Shown in pieces: positions 61,483 through 64,000 of a stretch of 64,000 bases of DNA; within the stretch, counting starts at the first letter, position 1, and the number at the start of each line of letters is the position of its first letter. Position numbers and translations under genes: made by a program. The notes below the pieces were generated by a model. The model had not been told where the DNA came from, did not search any database, and was given only the letters and a program-made list of their open reading frames with translations. This stretch comes from Carcharhinus longimanus (taxonomy: Eukaryota), in NCBI GenBank assembly GCA_030264375.1, contig JASCQW010000190.1, positions 34,620,745-34,684,744 of the forward strand, read 5' to 3'.

Positions 61483-64000
61483 GATAGCTAGATCTTTCTG
61501 GGCAGCTTTATTTGAGGTCAGATAGCNNNNNNNNNNTTCGGGTCAATACTTGTCTGAACATCTGGTAAATTGCTGAACTTTCCCACTCCTGAACATGTAG
61601 TGATTTTCTCTGAGGTCCATGTCTGTGTCTCCTGGCCTATTGGGAATGTTTATAAGATCAGGCTGGGGTGTTCTATTTCCCCACCAAGTGTAGAGAGGGG
61701 GAAACAAGCATTGCCTTAATTTATTGCTGGCTGAACTGAACCCTCCCTCTTAATCAAGCTCTTTCTACCTAGACGCTAGTTAAGGCACATGCCATTTCTA
61801 CTCAGGAACTTATTCATCTAATGATAAAGTGCTTTCCCCAAAGACTTCTCCACTGTTTAAAGTAGTAAATGGCTTAGCCAAAAGATAACAGGACTCCCAG
61901 ATTTGATCACGAGGCAGTTATAAAGTAGCTGTAAGTAAAGTGTGCATTTGTGGGAGAAAACCAAAGGCCAAGCACAAATGTAAGTATCACATGCCATAGA
62001 TGTCAAATATTGTACATAGCAATGGTGGTGTCATTTGTGCCGAGGTAGTGTTCCTATAGTTTTAAGACATGAGTCAAGAGATGATAAAGCACTGGAATGT
62101 AAGGATCAGTAAAAACCACTGGGATGATGTTTAGAGTTGAAGGGGCAATAGGTGAGTTTCGACGCATTGAGAAAATCCTGGGTTGTGAAAGCACTAGATG
62201 AGGAGGACATGGGAATGGCAGCAGAAGAGTAATGGCAATGGGTTACATGGGAGGGTAGAGGATTGGTGTTGAGTGGAGGAGCAAGAGGGGAGGAAGTCAC
62301 AGATGGTCAGTGAGGGAAAGTAAGGGGTAGCACTGAGAGATGCCAGTGGTTAGCTGGGAAGTAGAAATACCCTGGTGCTCAGGGTGACAGGATCCACTCA
62401 CAGCAGGCGAAAACTACTCCCAGGGGTTTGCCCAGCAGTGACTTGTGGGATGCAATAAATTCACCCTCTAATACTGCATCCCTGGAACCAGACCGCTGCC
62501 AAAAAGCCATTTCCACAACAATCGCCAGGAACCAGCGTTTAAGTATTTTCAAAATCAGCGCAGCTAATTTTCACCTTCAACACTTTGGCAGTAAACTTAG
62601 CAAGCTGACTGCCCAATTTTAATTTCCACTGACAAAAGGTCAGACAATATCTTCCCCAGGTGAAAGTGAAAATTATCTCAATGTCCAGATTTAAATGGGG
62701 CTGATGTTCTGAGTTTGCATTCAAAATTAAAATGGGGCAGTATAAGATTTTAAAACAAACTGAAGTGCTTACAAAAAGTCAGAGATGTTTTAAGTGCCAG
62801 GAGTTAACGCAATACAGCACTCATAACTGTGCCATCTTTGTGAACAGTTACCAAAGTAGAAATATGTTCTGAGTTGTAGTGTGTAAAAAAAAATTCATCT
62901 TAACACACACAGGCCAGCTAAACTCAGACTTAAAGTTTAATGAATGCACAAGATTTGTGCATCAGAAAAATGCAGACGTGTTTAATCCCAATTTGGGGGA
63001 AAAAGATTCTACTAAACTCTTGCCCTCCAAGGTTTAAAGAATCCTGATCAGAATATCACCAGGCAACTGTGGCTTTTACTTTGTACAACCTGCTGACCCC
63101 TCTTCCCTTTTCAGGAACAAGTAGATTTTCTTAGCAGGAGCCCCCATAGATTATTTGAATGCTTTGGAATGACCAAACAGGAGATATTTGGAAGGTTTGA
63201 AGCCTCTGTGGTTATCCACCCCATCCAGAATTTCAAATACTTCGCCGAGGCTGGAAGAGGAGTCTGATGCCTGCTGAGTTGCTGGCCCTCGATTGAAAAA
63301 GCATCAAATCATTCCGTGCAAAAGAACATACTCTGTGTAATTCAAAGCTCCCCCTTGGTAGTCAGCTAGTTTGTAGATTACTGAAGATGGTGTTGCTCTT
63401 AATTTTTAAAAGTAGGCCTGGTTCTGAAAGCAAAGTTTATCCTCTGGGAGGATGTAGCTGTAAAAATTCAGTGGAAGTCTGCAAGCCGTCTCAATTCTGT
63501 AATTTCAGCACCGAAAGATGAAGGAACAGGACCACCAATATTATATCCACTTTCCCATCTGGGAGCAAGATAAAAGAATTCCATAACTCTGCGGGCAGAA
63601 CAGTGCCGACTTTTTTTTTAACATAGGCTTTGCCTACTGGGGGGTCCTGATAATGTTTCCTGCAAAGAGCAGTGGGAGACAGAAGGGGGTCAGATCAAAA
63701 GTCCATTTAAAACTGGAGAGGAGGAAGAACATGTGGTGAATCAGTTTTCCAAGCACATACGGGATTATCCCTGGGGAACGGAATTCAAACAACACCATCT
63801 GGATGCTTGTCTCCTGGGAAAAAGGCCTTAGCAGCTGGACATCTGATTGAAAACGCATCCCCTGTTGGTTGTTAATGGGCCAATGGATATGACCCCGTGC
63901 TCTGTGCAGGAAATGGCATCAGGACTCACCCCAATTTTCCTGTGTGACCTGGACTGCATTATTTCTGCACGGCCTCACTCTCAGCCGCAAGGAAGAACGT

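Noticed and set aside
63500-63570. Possible UBE2V exon (YNIGGP versus MIIGPP)
   Set aside because: Surrounding residues do not match UEV, and the position is inside the PEDS1 intron rather than downstream.

Overview
This is vertebrate genomic DNA, almost certainly from a shark (cartilaginous fish). It is dominated by HE1/V-SINE-type tRNA SINEs, CR1/L2 LINE fragments, Penelope-like remnants with hammerhead-ribozyme-like cores, Harbinger-like remnants and MITEs, and Gypsy-type LTR elements. Two convergent spliced protein-coding genes can be reconstructed. (1) On +, a C16orf78/DUF4638-like gene with four phase-consistent exons (14778-14918, 18009-18153, 23369-23771, 26435-26585) and a plausible first coding exon at 1875-1961. 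(2) On -, the last two coding exons of PEDS1/TMEM189 (51430-51642, 49666-49787); the earlier exons were not found in the window. No UBE2V1 exons were recognised downstream of PEDS1, so this may be a PEDS1 paralog or a rearranged locus. The putative first intron of the C16orf78-like gene contains a resolvable nest of LTR elements with LTRs, PBS, PPT and target-site duplications. Two local fold-back (inverted templated) duplications lie within a Harbinger remnant. Most ORFs in the supplied track are spurious or TE-derived. I found no convincing wholly new biological system. All similarity statements come from recalled family knowledge, not database searches, and repeat boundaries are approximate unless TSDs or splice sites are quoted.
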